A program made the position numbers and the translations under genes. From Klebsormidium nitens (Eukaryota; Plantae; Klebsormidiophyceae), in the NCBI GenBank assembly GCA_000708835.1, contig DF237026.1:169151-233150 (forward strand): a DNA stretch of 64,000 nucleotides. Direction: 5' to 3'. A model generated the notes under the pieces. The model had not been told where the DNA came from. It made no database searches and saw only the letters and a program-made list of their open reading frames with translations. Of this stretch, positions 35,801-57,879 are shown piece by piece (the stretch's first letter is position 1; each line of letters starts with the position of its first letter).

Positions 35801-38800
35801 GAAGCGCCCCAGAAACCTGTTGATGGCAATAGCAGCGATGCGAGTAAGCTCGTAATTGCTACACGATTGCTACACGTAATTGCTACACGATTCAAGTCCA
35901 GCCAGTAGCTACTCAGATTGTTTTATGAAACAGGTTAGGATCCAACACTTGCCTGCGCCGTCAGCAAATGGTGACGCTCCAGTGACGACAGCCACGGCAT
36001 GACGGCGTACAGGATGGTGTTGATGACGGTAGCAGTGACGACAGCGAGCGCTTTGAACACGTACGTCAGCGTGACGTTCAGCCAGTAGCGCCGGCAATAG
36101 CTGCCCAAGCCGAGTGCGTCGTTGACCGCGGCGGAGAGGCCCGTCGTCTTACAGAAGCAGGAGTAACACGTGGCGGCCGCGCATTGGATGATCCTGCGAC
36201 GCCCGAGAACGCGGGTGATGTTGGGAAGATGACGGTAAGCGAGGCTAGGGTGACGCGAATCACTCGGCAAGAAAGAAGATGCCCGAGCCCTGAATGTTTC
36301 TTTTATGGAAATAAAACTCGTAAGGAAGACGACGATTTTGATGTGGGAATAGCTCGGTTTCCTTAAAAGTAGCCCGAGCGCCGCTCAGAACCCTCAGAGC
36401 TTGATCACTCACTGTAACCAATCAATTGATGTAACTAGAGTGAGTAATCATAGTGGAAGATCATTGACTCGGGTCTACTTTGATCACTCACCTTCCGTAG
36501 GAGCCCCAAGCAACACTTGCAAGGGAACGCATATCGGAGCCGAACGAATGCAAGACAAGGTTTCTGAGGCTTTGAACGACGGGTCTTTCAGCGGCTTCCC
36601 TTACTCGGTGGTTGGAAGCGGCAGCCCCGCAGCCGTCGCGTTGGCCGCCACGGCTGTGACGTTTGCCCGGAAGAGCCCGTTGAACACGACCGGCCGGCAC
36701 ATGATCCCGCTAGTGTTTGCCTTCAGGCTGTGTACCTGTCAGCAAAGGGGAACGACAAGGCTGGACGTACTTTCGCGTTATCAGAGCTTGAGACAATCGA
36801 ATCTGTTCCAGCCGGAAGGAGGAAACGAAGGGAAGGGTGTCTACCGTGTCTGTCCAATTGTGTCTTTTTGAAAGATCGGAATGCTTTTAACACCAGGGGA
36901 ACCAAAACTTTGGTGCCCGTTCCCGGCGCTTTTGACGCCTCAAACACTTTGCGTTCAGAGCAGACTGGACCACCTTAGCGTGCATTTTTCGATCAAGAAT
37001 CTCGTTTCATTTCATCATCGGCTCATGTGGCGCAGCGCTCAATGATCGCACCACCCGTTGCATTTCCAGAAACAAGAGGAGAAACTTTGCCCTTCCTGAC
37101 AAAGAGAAGATCGTGATGATCTTGTTTCTGATTCTATCAGCCTTACCAATATCTTCTTTCTTAGGAAGAATGAAAAGGGGGAAAAGGTCGATTCTGCCCG
37201 AACCAGAGTCAACTGCGAGAGAGGAAGCCGCTCACCTCAACTCGCACCGGATCCGCGTTTCCGGTCGTCGCCGTCAAATTCCACAGCTGGGGACACTCGA
37301 GCGTGCCCCTTTTCGCTGACGCCTCGCAATTCACCTCCGGCGGCAATCGACTATCATAACCCTTGGCGGCGATCATGAATCCCGTGGTGATGCAGAGGAG
37401 AACTAGAGTGAAGAGCGCGCTTCCGATGCGCCGCGACCAACGCGCCCAGTAGCCGACCTCCAGATTCTCCCACAGGACGTCCTCCGGCTCCGGCGCGGCG
37501 CGCACCGCGATCCGCTTCTTGCGCAGGAACCTGCCACGTGGCGGAATTGCTGAGGATGCGACTACAACTCCAAGCTCGACTGACGACGAGTGGACGAGGC
37601 AAACAAACATACAATCGGGCTTCGCGAAAGCAAAAGGTAGGGCACCCCGTAACGCTTGGTCCGTACCGCGGATTCGTGAATATTGAAACACCAAGCAAGC
37701 CCCTATTCTTCCGTAAACTCGGAAGAGGTGCTCACCGGAGGCGCTTGGGTTGCGCGTAGATGCCGGGCAGGCTGTCGGAGTAACTAGAAATGCAGCGGAA
37801 GCGCGCGTCCTCGTCGTCGAAAGTCGCGAACGCGGCGACCACCTCGAAGGGCCGCTCCTTCAGCAGATACGCGATGCTCGCCTCGTCCTCCAGCAGCTTC
37901 TCCTCCAGGCGCGCTGCATGAGGGGAAAATCCGCTCTAGCCTTACCTTTCGCTTAACGAAAAAGCGGCACATGCCAAAGTTCGGAGCCATCGACCAGTCT
38001 CTCCAGCAGTCTTTCCTTCAACCGCGCTGCACAAAGAAATTCTCGCACTCTAGTTCAGAATTTTTACCTCCGGATGCGCTGCACGGAAAGAACCCTGCCC
38101 TAATTGAACTTCTCACTCTCTCTCAACCAATTGCGCGGCGCCTCCAAAGATTCCAGGCAAATCCGTCGACTTCCAACCTTTGCCCAGCAATGTCTGAAGT
38201 AACGCCCTTTGCACCTGCGTATCAGCTCCGATTTCTCCTGTTCGAGGGGCCTGTGAGCAATCGAGAAGCTGGACTGCCTAGCCTTGGTTGAGAACGACTC
38301 TCCAGCGCTTTGTGACACCGGGTTGTTTTGGAGCTTATAAGACTTTTGACTCTGTATGTTGCTGGCGCTTGAAAGTCGCTTAGCTTTTCTTGCAATCTAA
38401 TAGTTGCTGAGGAAGTCTCACCCTTTTCTTGAATCCCCTGGTGCCCCTTGGTCTTGGCGATCAGCGCCGTCAAGCGTCCAAGCTGGAAAGAGAAGAAACA
38501 CACACACTTTCAGCAAAGCACCAGAACCCACAATTCTCAGACTGGTTGTTCAGATCACCATCTTCAGACGGGTGTGGGGCTTTGAGGGATTGCGCCGGGT
38601 GAAAGCAGGGTTTTAGAATTCTAAGGAGTTCAACTGCAGTTCGACGTTGCAGGACCGCTGCACGTCAAATGTTACCGTTTGCTCGAGAGAGAGCCTAAGA
38701 TGGCCAAAATGTGTCTCACAACAAAGCCTTGAAGAGCTATGCCCTTCTAGACTCCGTAACGTAACGTGCTCGAAAGCGGAGTCTCGAGCGCATGCCCGTC

Positions 38801-41800
38801 CCTTGCAGCTAGGCTGCCTCCGAAGGGTCTCTTTGTCTTAGCAGTACTTCTGGAGGTAACATAACGTTTACAACTCTGCGACTAGACTCCTACAGGGCGC
38901 TGACAATACTGTCTTGTCAGCGCAAACTGAAAGCGGGCAACTTTCACCTGAGCGACGTCGTGCTGCTGCCGTTCCAGCATCCGCAGCAGGTTCCCGTCGT
39001 TCCGAGCGATCGCCACGTCCACAATCTGCAAGAAAGAAAGCATGCACAAGCACGTGTGAGGATGTACCAGGACTTGACCGTTGGTTTAGCCGCGTACAAA
39101 GGTAGCTTTCCAGAAAGAAACCGTCCCGATGGAGCGACAAAAAGCGAACGTCGGCGTTCTCAAAGTACACGCGCAATCTTAGTATGGGGACGGACGACAA
39201 CTTTACATCTAGAGATTGATATTCAGAAAGGCTACGAGAGAAGGACGCCTATCCGCATGGGGTGGGGGCGTACACGACATGATAGAAGCAAACGCGATTG
39301 AAGCTGGCTACGTTCTGGGCTGAGCGGCAAAATGTTCGGGACACTTCCAATTTGTGATGAGAAACAGTTGAGCGGAAACTTTGAAAGACAGCAGACACAG
39401 CAAGGAAAAGTATTTGACGCGTTTTGCTGGTCGACTGCTGACCTCGCCAAACTGCGAAAAGTGGGTCCTAATGTCAGCATCCGTCGCCCCCGTTGGCAGG
39501 CGCTTGACCTGGATCGCAAAGTCGCCGAGGGTGATGGTCGCGTCGTCGATCTCTAGCGTTGCGTGTCGCTGCCAAACTTTGATGCAAACCAGGCTGGCGA
39601 GAAACAGGACGGTGGCCGACTGGAGAGGGACGGGAGCTCTAGATTAAGATGTGTTTAGGGTCAGGTTAAGAGACGGTTAACAAAAGTCGCCCAGCTTAGA
39701 ATTGGTGTCGTCGATCAGAAGCATCGCGTGGCAATTTCAAGCTTTGTTGCACACCAGGCTAGCGAGAAACAGGACGGTGCCAGACTGGAGAGGGACGGAG
39801 ACCCGGGGTTAGCTGCTAGGTTGGTCAACAAGACCGGGACGAGAGGCCCTAACACTGTGCGAGTAGTACCCTGCCAGGTGTCAGCACAAAATCACCAACC
39901 CACTGACGTATGCTCGACTAAGCGCGCGTTCTATGTACCAGCCACGACCATAATCGTGGAGTGGCAGAATGAAGACGAACTAAAACGAGGACAGATGGAT
40001 TTGAACCGGGGGCTCCAGCCGTTTTCGTGAAATTGGCAGCCAGCATGACCAGGGACTTCAGAGCGCTCGCAAAATGGGCTCAATTGGGATCTGAGGAGAT
40101 CTGGGAAAATCAAGTTTCCAAGAACATCGATGACAGGAGGAGGAAGCTTACGGCATCAAGGATGGCCATCGCCAGAAGGAGGGTTTTCTTTGACACGGAC
40201 GTTCCCGCCAGGCTGACTCGCGTGCTACTGGGTACGGCAGCTGCCATGTAGAAGCCGGGGCTCAGCATATCTGACTCATTTGTGTGTGACATTTGACGTG
40301 CAAAAGTCTTCTATTGTTTGCATGCGTATACGCATTTATGGTTCAGGCATAAATCCTTGTTCCTATAAGGTGCAAACTTTTAGACACTACCGGCTTGGAG
40401 ATTCTTCGAGGTTGTTTTTGATGCTACCTTAACCTGAACCTTCACGTTGACCTCCAAAGACCAGAGGTTCAATGACATGCGAGCGGGATCCTGGGCGCCG
40501 AGTTTATACACGGCTCTGATGTTCTGCATAATATGTCTGTTGCATGAATGTATCAAGGAGACTTTCTAGAGAAGCAAGGAATGCTTCATTAGACCGAGCA
40601 TGTGTGCAACTGCAACAAAAAGGTTGTGACGCTTTGCAACTCACGATCTGAGTACATGGCTCCCAACGTGTAGGCCGTCAGCGGCTGATAGATGCTGGGG
40701 TCCTCCACAGTCTTAAACGCTGCTGCGCAGAGTAGCAGGATAGTTCCATGCAGTACAGCCATGGCAATGAGAAAGTAGCCAAGCAAGCGCTGCAACAGAG
40801 TGGACAGCGAGGTCAGATGAGGACAGCCTGCAGGGAGAAGCACTGTAATTCCTTAAGAGGTGTGTGCGATTCTAGTTAAGCAGATCTGGCAGATTGGCAG
40901 TCCGTTTGTTGGGACAAAGAAAGGCATCCTTTTATGGTGCCATGTGTTGTTGCGTACTGGTTTGACATCTGAAAGAATTCCAAGTGCGTGGTTGTTCGTG
41001 TGGCAAACTCCCCCATATAAGCTTAGCCATATATATGAATGTCCTTCAAGCTCTCAGGAGCAAGACGGACGACCAGAGTTGGGACTTATCCGGCTTCGTC
41101 CCTTTTTCATCGAGGAGAGTTTCTTTCCACAGTTGTAGTCAAATGCAGACATTACGAACAGGGCCCTGATCTACTTACCAGAGTTTCAAAGTACAGGCCA
41201 ACGCCAACTCCAAGGGACCCCAGCTCGAGGGGGGTGGTCTTCCAGAGCTGGTACTTGACCACCTCCTTATCAACCAAGCGGTGCGGCCCCGATGCATCGG
41301 CGTGCTTCAGAGCCTGCAGGCAGAGAGGATTAATGTTCAACACCAGACTCTTTGGAAGCTCTCTGACAGAATTTGGACCTTCCAGAGGCATGTAGAAAGC
41401 GACAGGCAATGCAACTTGATAATAGCACAGGTAGCAAGTGGACAAGCCAGGATCGCCCTTGGGCACAAAATGAGTGCCTTATAAGTGGTCCGTTGGCGCG
41501 GGCTTTACTTCTGTCCATCGATTCATACCAAATGGTTCTCGACCTACTTGCAGCATCTGCTTCTGACGAGATTCCTGTGCATGTTGTTTGCCAATTGACC
41601 AGCACCATGATTGCTGGTTGGATTGAACGCCGTCAAGTTACTAAAGAACTTGCGTCTGTCTGACTAGGAACGTGCAGGTGCTAGCCACAAGGAGTGGCTG
41701 CTGGCCCCTCAACTTAAGAAGCTAACGAGCAATCGGTTCTGAGGACGGAAGGAAAGGTACTCACCAGAACCATGCTGGGGGCCTCAAATTCCCCATACTC

Positions 41801-41869
41801 AGAGTTGTCTTCTTGCTCAAGCAGTCCAGCCCCAGCCCCTTCTCCTGGTGGTGCATTGCTGTTGCCCAT
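29830..41869 (-). CDS. CSC1/OSCA/TMEM63-like calcium-permeable channel, algal/protist-type (about 17 exons; start codon uncertain)
   Basis: Exons encode YQLWKTTPLELGSLGVGVGLYFETL, EIDDATITLGDFAIQVKRLP, AFATF, VRAAPEPEDVLWENL, EKLFITQLLN, NGLYEDFDTAWYSAVG, LNKLMEGLEFTLADRYGQLL, YWVDKITLLRLSRTPAQYD and LPWAAWIHCAVAVWMY. These are ordered hallmarks of this family. Confidence 0.85.
30450..31070 (-). repeat. Five tandem copies (true junction at 30500 plus 4 echoes) of the OSCA last-exon acceptor
   Basis: gtgcag|C(G/T/C)CT(C/T)AAGGACGAGTGCGT at ~30500, 30608, 30739, 30869 and 30980; unit ~110-130 bp. Confidence 0.9.
33590..34040 (-). repeat. Four tandem copies (true 33627 plus 3 echoes) of an OSCA acceptor
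   Basis: cag|CGACCTGAACA(A/C)G(C/T)TGATG(G/A)A at 33627, 33762, 33898 and 34033; ~135-bp period. Confidence 0.9.
34430..35160 (-). repeat. Donor echoes of the OSCA exon ending at 35084
   Basis: ...GCCAGCTCATCCAAAG|gtgaga is repeated at ~34818, ~34621 and ~34435, with ~70 nt of exon each. A partial copy lies at ~34965-35005. Confidence 0.85.
36492..36515 (-). CDS. Predicted 24-nt micro-exon of the OSCA gene
   Basis: ttgcaag|TGTTGCTTGGGGCTCCTACGGAAG|gtgagt is phase 2/2 and joins ...PTT-DVAWGSYGR-IIQCAAATC in frame. Confidence 0.55.
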
Positions 41870-42878
41870 GCTTTCTGAACCAGCAGCTTCAGAGCAGTCG
41901 GAGTCTGCGAAAGATTGTGAGCTCTGGTCGCACGCTCGAGTGCTGAGCGAGTATGCTCTCAACAAGTTGATCAGCAGCTCTCCTCAGATTCTTTCTAGCT
42001 GCTGCATCTTCTTGAGTAGGTGCAGTAGATAAAAGGTCGAGCTAGAGCTGGCAATCCCTGTTCTGGACCATAACTGGAAAGAATATATGCCTCCTACAAA
42101 GCCAACCAACATCTCCTCGTCATGAATCTGCAGAAAGCTGAGAATTGTCATTTGTGTTCTTAAGTATTTCTTCCTTGTCAGCAGGCCAGTGCGCGTAGGC
42201 CCGGCTCACCGTAGGCCCTGCTCTTTTCAAGTAAATACTGAATCCGGTGGGTGGGCCCTCAACGTCTATAGTATGCTGTTGCTACCCGCACCATGGCGGC
42301 CAACCCTCCTTTTCCTCGATGTCACCTGCTGCGGGCTTTTGTTGATTAAACAACACGGGGCCATGGAACCACCGCAACTTGAAGTTGAAGACCACAGCCA
42401 GATTGGAACCCTAAAATCAGAGGGCGGCAATTCTTCTCAGTCCTACAGCAGCGGCGTTACGTCTCTGTTGGGATTGAGAAGACAGAGGGCCTCCTGCTCC
42501 GGTAGGCCGAGTAGCTCGGTAACGCAGGTCCTCAACAGGACTTCCAGTTTCACTTCGCTCCTCTCAGTACGTTCTCTTCGCAAATTGTGCCCTGGTCGAG
42601 CTGCCATCTGCGCAGCATTGCACTACAGCCTGCAGGTACAGCTTTAGCCTTCAGGCAACAACGCTTTCTGCAGCTCCCTGCGGGGGCACCTTTTCTGTTG
42701 AAGAAGACGAGCTCAGGGGACAAGGAGACATGTTTACGCCGCTTCGCAAGAGCCGCAGGCCGACATGCATGTTCCGCAGGAGCAGGTTGTCATCTTAAAG
42801 TCAGGTTGTAGCAACTTGGTCTGACAAGTGCCTGGCTTGCTCCAAGAGGCTTGGCTTGCACCTCCAGGCTTTGGTGGC

Positions 42879-51590
<8,712 letters not shown>

Positions 51591-53236
51591 GTCACTTCGT
51601 ATATGATCGAGGTTTTGTACCTGCGCGATACAAATGGGAGCCTATTATTGAATGCATCATGGCCGCCTGCGATTTACTCACTTATTCGATCCACATAGTG
51701 GCAAGTTACGGTCTTCTGCGATGCGCACCGTACGGTACCCAGTTGTCGCACTGTTGCTGGCACCTGGCCCACGTGCGCGCCTGAGACCATGAGCTGAAGC
51801 GTATCATCTCTCTCAATCGGAGCCGCCCGGCGGCCTGTTCAATTCTACCTGGTGAGCTTAGGCAGGCGGCCGCCTGTACATTCGCAATTGCATAAATCCC
51901 GTCATTCATTCATTGCATGCCAGTGAGAGCAATTGCGTGCGCTTAGGCGGCTATAGGTATCGTTGATCCGAAACGCGGCCCGGCGCATTGCTATCATGAG
52001 GTATACTAACGGTACGTTGTACCGTTGATCGCAGATCAGGTTTCGCGATCCATGCATGCGGCAAGATGACCAATTGGCATGTGCAGAGTATTAGTGCGGT
52101 CACTCGAGGCCGGGCCGCCCTGGCAGCCTACGACTCGCGGTAATCGAAACCTCTAGGAGCGGCCGGGCCGCGCAACTGCGTGGGCCCTGCATGGCTATTC
52201 AATAGTGATGATGAGCACCACACGCTGCCCGTATACTTCCATGGTATATGTTATTGTTCCATCCAGTACGTAAACTCTTTGCTCTGCCACGGCGCGGCGC
52301 TTTTGGCGTCACGCCCAATGATGCATGCCGCCGCCGCGGCGATCGGACGGCCGTGGAGGATGAGGACCCGTACGTAATATATACTACAACTGCATCCGAT
52401 CATATTGGAATGCACTGGCAAGACGTCATCACTCGACGGTTTGTTAATTGAATACGTGACCTACCGGCAGATTCGATGGAAGCAATCTGCCGGGTTACAT
52501 CATTGTTGCGGCCGGGCGTGCAAAGTCTCCCTGTCTATATCTGCATGCGGTTGTGGTGTCAAAAAGAATAGTTACTCCGGCAACAGTGACTGTGATGCCT
52601 GGAACCGCGCCTTAGCCTTGCATGACTCATCCGCAGCTCACATCTAGTATCTGTTTCTGTAACTTGCCCGTTAAAATACGGACTCTGTATTCAGCCAAAC
52701 TGTCTCGTTCATTCTGTCCAAGGCCGAATACCGTACATTGAGCAATTGCACGGCAGGCCCTCTCGGCCTGCGGACCAACTTCCATCCGCCTACAATGAGT
52801 CACTAACATTGTACGTCCAACAATATGTACGTCCAACTTCCATCTGTCTATTGGAATACCCCGAAAGTGAGGCTGCTTATGACGAGACTGGGAATCAGCA
52901 GTTCAAAGTCGCCGTGTCCAGCTGTACAACCGTGGGTAAACTAGTCAAGTTGGATGTTCCAAACGCCTCTTTGTTTCACATGTGGAGCACCTGAGTATCT
53001 TGGAGGTTCACCAAGGGAATTACAGGCGTCTTGGGTGTCTTTGGCGGGTCGGGCAGGGTTACAGCCGCCTAGTATCTCTATAATTACGCAATTCATGCAA
53101 CTATCTCGATAGGGTTGAGCTCCAAACCCGCACGCGCATGCAACACGTCCTTGCACGCCACAACAGACAAGTATCATTGAGCACTCGAAAGGGTGTGAGG
53201 GCTTCGTCGTCCACCTCAACAAATGACCCCCCCCCT

Positions 53237-56200
53237 TTACTCCACGTTGGGCAGATCATCAGCCCCGACTTTGATCTTCCCGCTCTCTCCCGTGCTCTCG
53301 ATGGTCTCCAGCACCTTGAGCCCGATCTGGCGGTTCGTCGCTGAACCGCTCTGGTTGTTGTCCGCCTCACCGTGCCGTTTCACGAGCGTCCCAATGCAAA
53401 ATTCGTTTACGCGATACGGCTGTTCCGCGAGCTCCGCCTGGATCGTGCGGATCAGGATCATGAGCGCGCCAACTTGCGCGGTGATCATGCTCGCGTCCGG
53501 AAAGACGGGAGCCTCGCCTGCAGGATGGACGGTTTTGCGAGACTGGTCAAACAGTTGATTTGCATATTTGATCGAAAACGTCAATAGAGACTGGTCGAAC
53601 AGTCAAATGACATCTCTCAAACCATTAATAGAGACTGGTCGAACATATTCATATCTCATATTTACGCAACAATAACAAATGGAATATCTTGAAACCCTCC
53701 GTCACTCGAAGCAGTCGTGGAATCGTCAAAGCTGAAAGCATGCTAGAGTGGCAAAGAAAGCTTCTCCCGGTCGAACGGGACGTCATCGGTACCAGCGGGA
53801 GTTCCTGGCTTGGGATGATGAAAGCCGGAAGGGTTCACCAGACAGCCTGACAGGTCGGGCGCATTGCCACAATCTCCGACATCAAGCAGTGCCTGCAAAG
53901 CTCTTCAGTCGAAGAGTCGATGCATGGCCAAGGTTTAATGGAGAAAACAGAAAAGGGTCGAACAAGGCAAATGCAACGTTCGAATACGATCAGCTTTCCT
54001 TCCAGGTCCTTATGACCTCGTGGCCGGGCGGCTCGCTCCTGACACACAGTCGGATGATCGGGCGGATCTGGTCATTTGCGGGGTGAAGATAAGACCAGAG
54101 GGAATTGACGACTTGGAGAGAATCTTCAAGTCCTGGCCCTTGCAGTCTTTCAGGCAGCTTGCTCTTGGCATGCACTCACATAGAGGCTCGACTACTTGCA
54201 TAAACAACGAGATGTGGAAAGCAAGAGCTGGGCAGTCCTCGAGATCATCTACTGGCGACTCACACGGCACCCAGACCTGGAAGCCGACACAATCGTATAG
54301 ACTCTAGGTATCCAGAGCGAGGAGCGAAAAATGATCATAACTAACGCGCTAAGAGGGCAATGGGCCAACTTGAGGCGAGGGTTCTGCAGGCTGGAAGGGG
54401 TATCATATTGCAACGCAACGAGGATGGGGCAGAAAGCTCAGTCTGACAGGACTTAAGCTCGCTTTTGTTTCGCATCCAAATGAATGCAAGTCTCTGAACA
54501 GCTTTCTTTGCCCCGACACCGAAATGTTCCGAGAAGAAAGTGGATGCAAAAGCGCCCAAGCCTATCAGTGCCATGTTAGCCCATAAAGAGAAAACGGACG
54601 TTTTACGCATAACCTCCTCTAGAAAACAGCAAAGAACGTTGCGGTTCGAGTCAGGATTCAATATCCCCAATTCACAAAGTCATTCTTGTACTGAACCACT
54701 TGGAGGACAGCACACAGGCCTGGTGCAGAATCAATCTGGACCTCAAAGCAAAGGGGATTCAACCTTCCAGAGGCAGTGCCTGGGTTGAAGAAGTAACAAA
54801 CGCGCCCTGCGTGCTCAAGGAATGAAACGAAGATCTAGCAGACGTTGTCTTGAATTAACTCAGCTCATAAAGCTGCGCTTTCCGTACTCGGAATCCCCCA
54901 AACGAAACCCAGAGCCCATGACCACAGATGTCAAAAAACCTTGGAAACAAAGTTTATGAGATTCCAGGAGCCTCGCCTAATGAGCCAGTGATGAAGGTAA
55001 ACGAGCTGGCCGCGTCGACTTTGAGAAAGGGCACAAAGACCTTGGCCAGCATGTAATGCGACAGCACGCGGGCTTTGTATTCGGTCAGCATCTCGTCGTA
55101 ACTGGTCTCAAGGTTGGCAAACTGCAGGATGGGGCCCTGCAACGACAAGAAAGCAGGGAATTCATTGTGTTGCTTGGCAGTAGGAAGTGGACATGGGTTG
55201 TGTGTGGACACAGTGGAGGGCTCAGTCCAAGATATATCTTCCGCCCTTTTTCACATCTGCTGTTGAACTTGCTTGTGCTTCCCCTGTCGCTGCCTCTTTG
55301 AATCCAAAGCATAGTCTCAGAACACTTAAAAGAGACAACAATTCTCACTATCTTACTCATCTTTGACACTATGTCTCGACATGTCAGAGACAACAAGACG
55401 ATGAGAGTCCTGCAGCCTTTGACACTCACTTTCTGCCACCAGCCGCCTACTGATGTCACCACATGGTCAAGGCTGCCGTGCTTGGCCTTCACCATTTCCC
55501 CCAGCTCCGCTACGCTCTTGGGGTCCGAAAGATCGGCAGTTGGAATCTCCAAGTGGGCCAACGTTGGCTTGTCCAGGTCGCGCAGATCACCTAGCAGGCT
55601 GCCCTTGCCTTTCTCATTCCTGTAAATCAAAACCTTAGAGGAAGTTAAGGAAAAATTATAGCTAGGACAGATGCGCAATACATTCTTAGAAAAAGATCTC
55701 CTCTAGCAAAAAAGCTTGGTGCTCGAGTTGCTATCATCGGAAGAGTGCGATAGGCCTTCAGTCTTATGAGTTGGCAGAAGGTGGCCTGATGCAAAGTGTT
55801 TGGGGAGGTCTTCCCACATCAGTCTCGGGTTCGCGACCACATTGCCTTGTCATTCAAGTTTGTCATTTCATAGAGACACTGCAATAGTCTTTGGCAGGAT
55901 TTCCGTTCTCAGGCAGAAAATTGGGGAGACTTGCCAGGGGAGTCAATTCAATTCTTACAAAGGAAGGATGCTGCAAGCTGAATTATGCAATTCAAGTGAT
56001 TACTATTGCATATTGCAGAAAGCTTCATTTCCGAAGCCCCACTCTCTCAAGCTGAAATGATGAGCAAAGGGCACTTTTGCACTTATATGTGGAAGCAGTA
56101 AGTAATCGAATGAAAGCAGGACTCAAATAAATACATCATTCCGGAATTTGCTTGTCGAGCAATGTTGGACCTGAGGTGGGAAGCAAAACTCACCGAACAG

Positions 56201-56306
56201 GGGCAATCACTTGAGCACCTGCTTTCAGAAATGCGTATATCACTCCCGCTCCAACAATGCCAGAGCCCCCAGTAACCAGTGCCACCGTTTGAGGGAGGGG
56301 CGCCAT
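53237..56306 (-). CDS. Short-chain dehydrogenase/reductase (4 exons, 247 aa)
   Basis: Exons 56306-56194, 55619-55430, 55136-54977 and 53517-53237 join in frame. Motifs: Rossmann ALVTGGSGIVG, LDHVVTSVGGWWQ, SFTFITGSLGE, AELAEQPYRVNE. Intron 3 has a GC donor. Confidence 0.88.
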
Positions 56307-57879
56307 ACCTACTACGTTTTGGCAGCAAGCTTGGAATATCTTGAAAAATGTCTCGATAGCAGCCTTCTGGTAGAAGTTATCAGCATACAAGCCCTGCAGT
56401 GCACCTGAATTCTGACTTGATTATCGAAGGATGCAGCTGGCGCACCAACATCAGAAAAAGCATACGATATTCTGTATCCATTTGCGCTGCCATCAGATTC
56501 ACAGCTGTGCATCCTACAGCTAGGCCCAGCTTACGACTTTAACAAGGTGGACTGGAGCCTCCGGTGGGGTTTCCGGCAAGAGAACCTGGACTTGGCCGGT
56601 CGAGAAGGGACCCGGCCGGTGCTGGAGGCACCTAGCTGAAGGCAACTGATGGGCCCTGAGCCGGCCGGTGATGGACACTTCTCTAAAAGCCGGCCGGTGA
56701 AGCCATATCCGACTACTGAGCCGACAGAACCGAGGGGGAGCATGCAGCTGCGGGGCCGTCGGAAACTCCGTGCATGGAAAGTGACTTAATTGAGTCGTCA
56801 CCGGCTCGGCGGCCGGCCGCATTTTACTCTAGCTGCCGGCCGGCTCCATCATTGATTAGGGGACTATCCTACCGAGTGGCGGAGGGGCGACGAGTCGACG
56901 ACCGGAAAGCCATCGCCGTCGGATCATCGGCCTGCAAATCTGAACGGTCCATGCAGACTCTAGACTCTAGACTCCAAAGCGACAACGCCGACCGGCCGGT
57001 CAAATCGAGCCCCAGGGCCGAGGACAGCCGACGAACCGTCGGGGCCAGGATCGGCATAAGTCTCGGCATTATGTTGTGGATTAGATGCATGTGCCAACAC
57101 CCGTGGAAGGCCGGAGATCGTGGACTCACCAGGACCTTCCAATTTCCATTCTAGTCAGTGTGCATTCTGGAACCCCACAGTGGTTGATACCCTACTGTGC
57201 GCGTGCGCGGCTGATAAGTCTGGAATGTCGGAATACATCTCGTGAATCACATCAGTGGTCACTTGTCACTTGTCTCCGTATCCGGGGCCGCAACCACGTC
57301 AACATGCCAGTTATTCGAGGGCCCTCGATCTGTAAGGGCCAATCTGTGAGTCGAACGGAGGCAGCTAGAGGCCACGTAAGTTACCACACGGGCTTACCCG
57401 GTCACATCTCAGCCATAGTCTCCAGCTGCTCGCGCACATGGGTGTTAGATAAATGAAGTGGAATCCATGTTTTCCTTCCACAATGTCCAACGGAATGTCC
57501 CTGGCGGACTCAAAGTAAAAACCTTGATTTTGCATAGGCTATCCGGGGAGCTCGTCAAATCGGTCCTTGGACGGTAGAGAGCAGTTTAGAGCCTAGCCTT
57601 GTGACTCAGTGACTCAAACTAGTGTGAACTCCGAACAATGACTCGTGACGTGACTTCTAACAGGCTGCCTTGCTTGATCGGAACGAACATGAACATTGTG
57701 ATATCATTCTGAGAAGAAGCGTTTGATCGAAGAAGAGGCGAGTGTTTGAGGGCGTCAGCCCCACCAAGTGTCTTATAATGTGAACGTGGGGGTCGGGCAC
57801 GAGAAGCCCGCGGCAATGAATGGCGTGCTTAAGCAGTGCATGAATGGTGAATATCAACACCTATACTAGACGCGTATCC

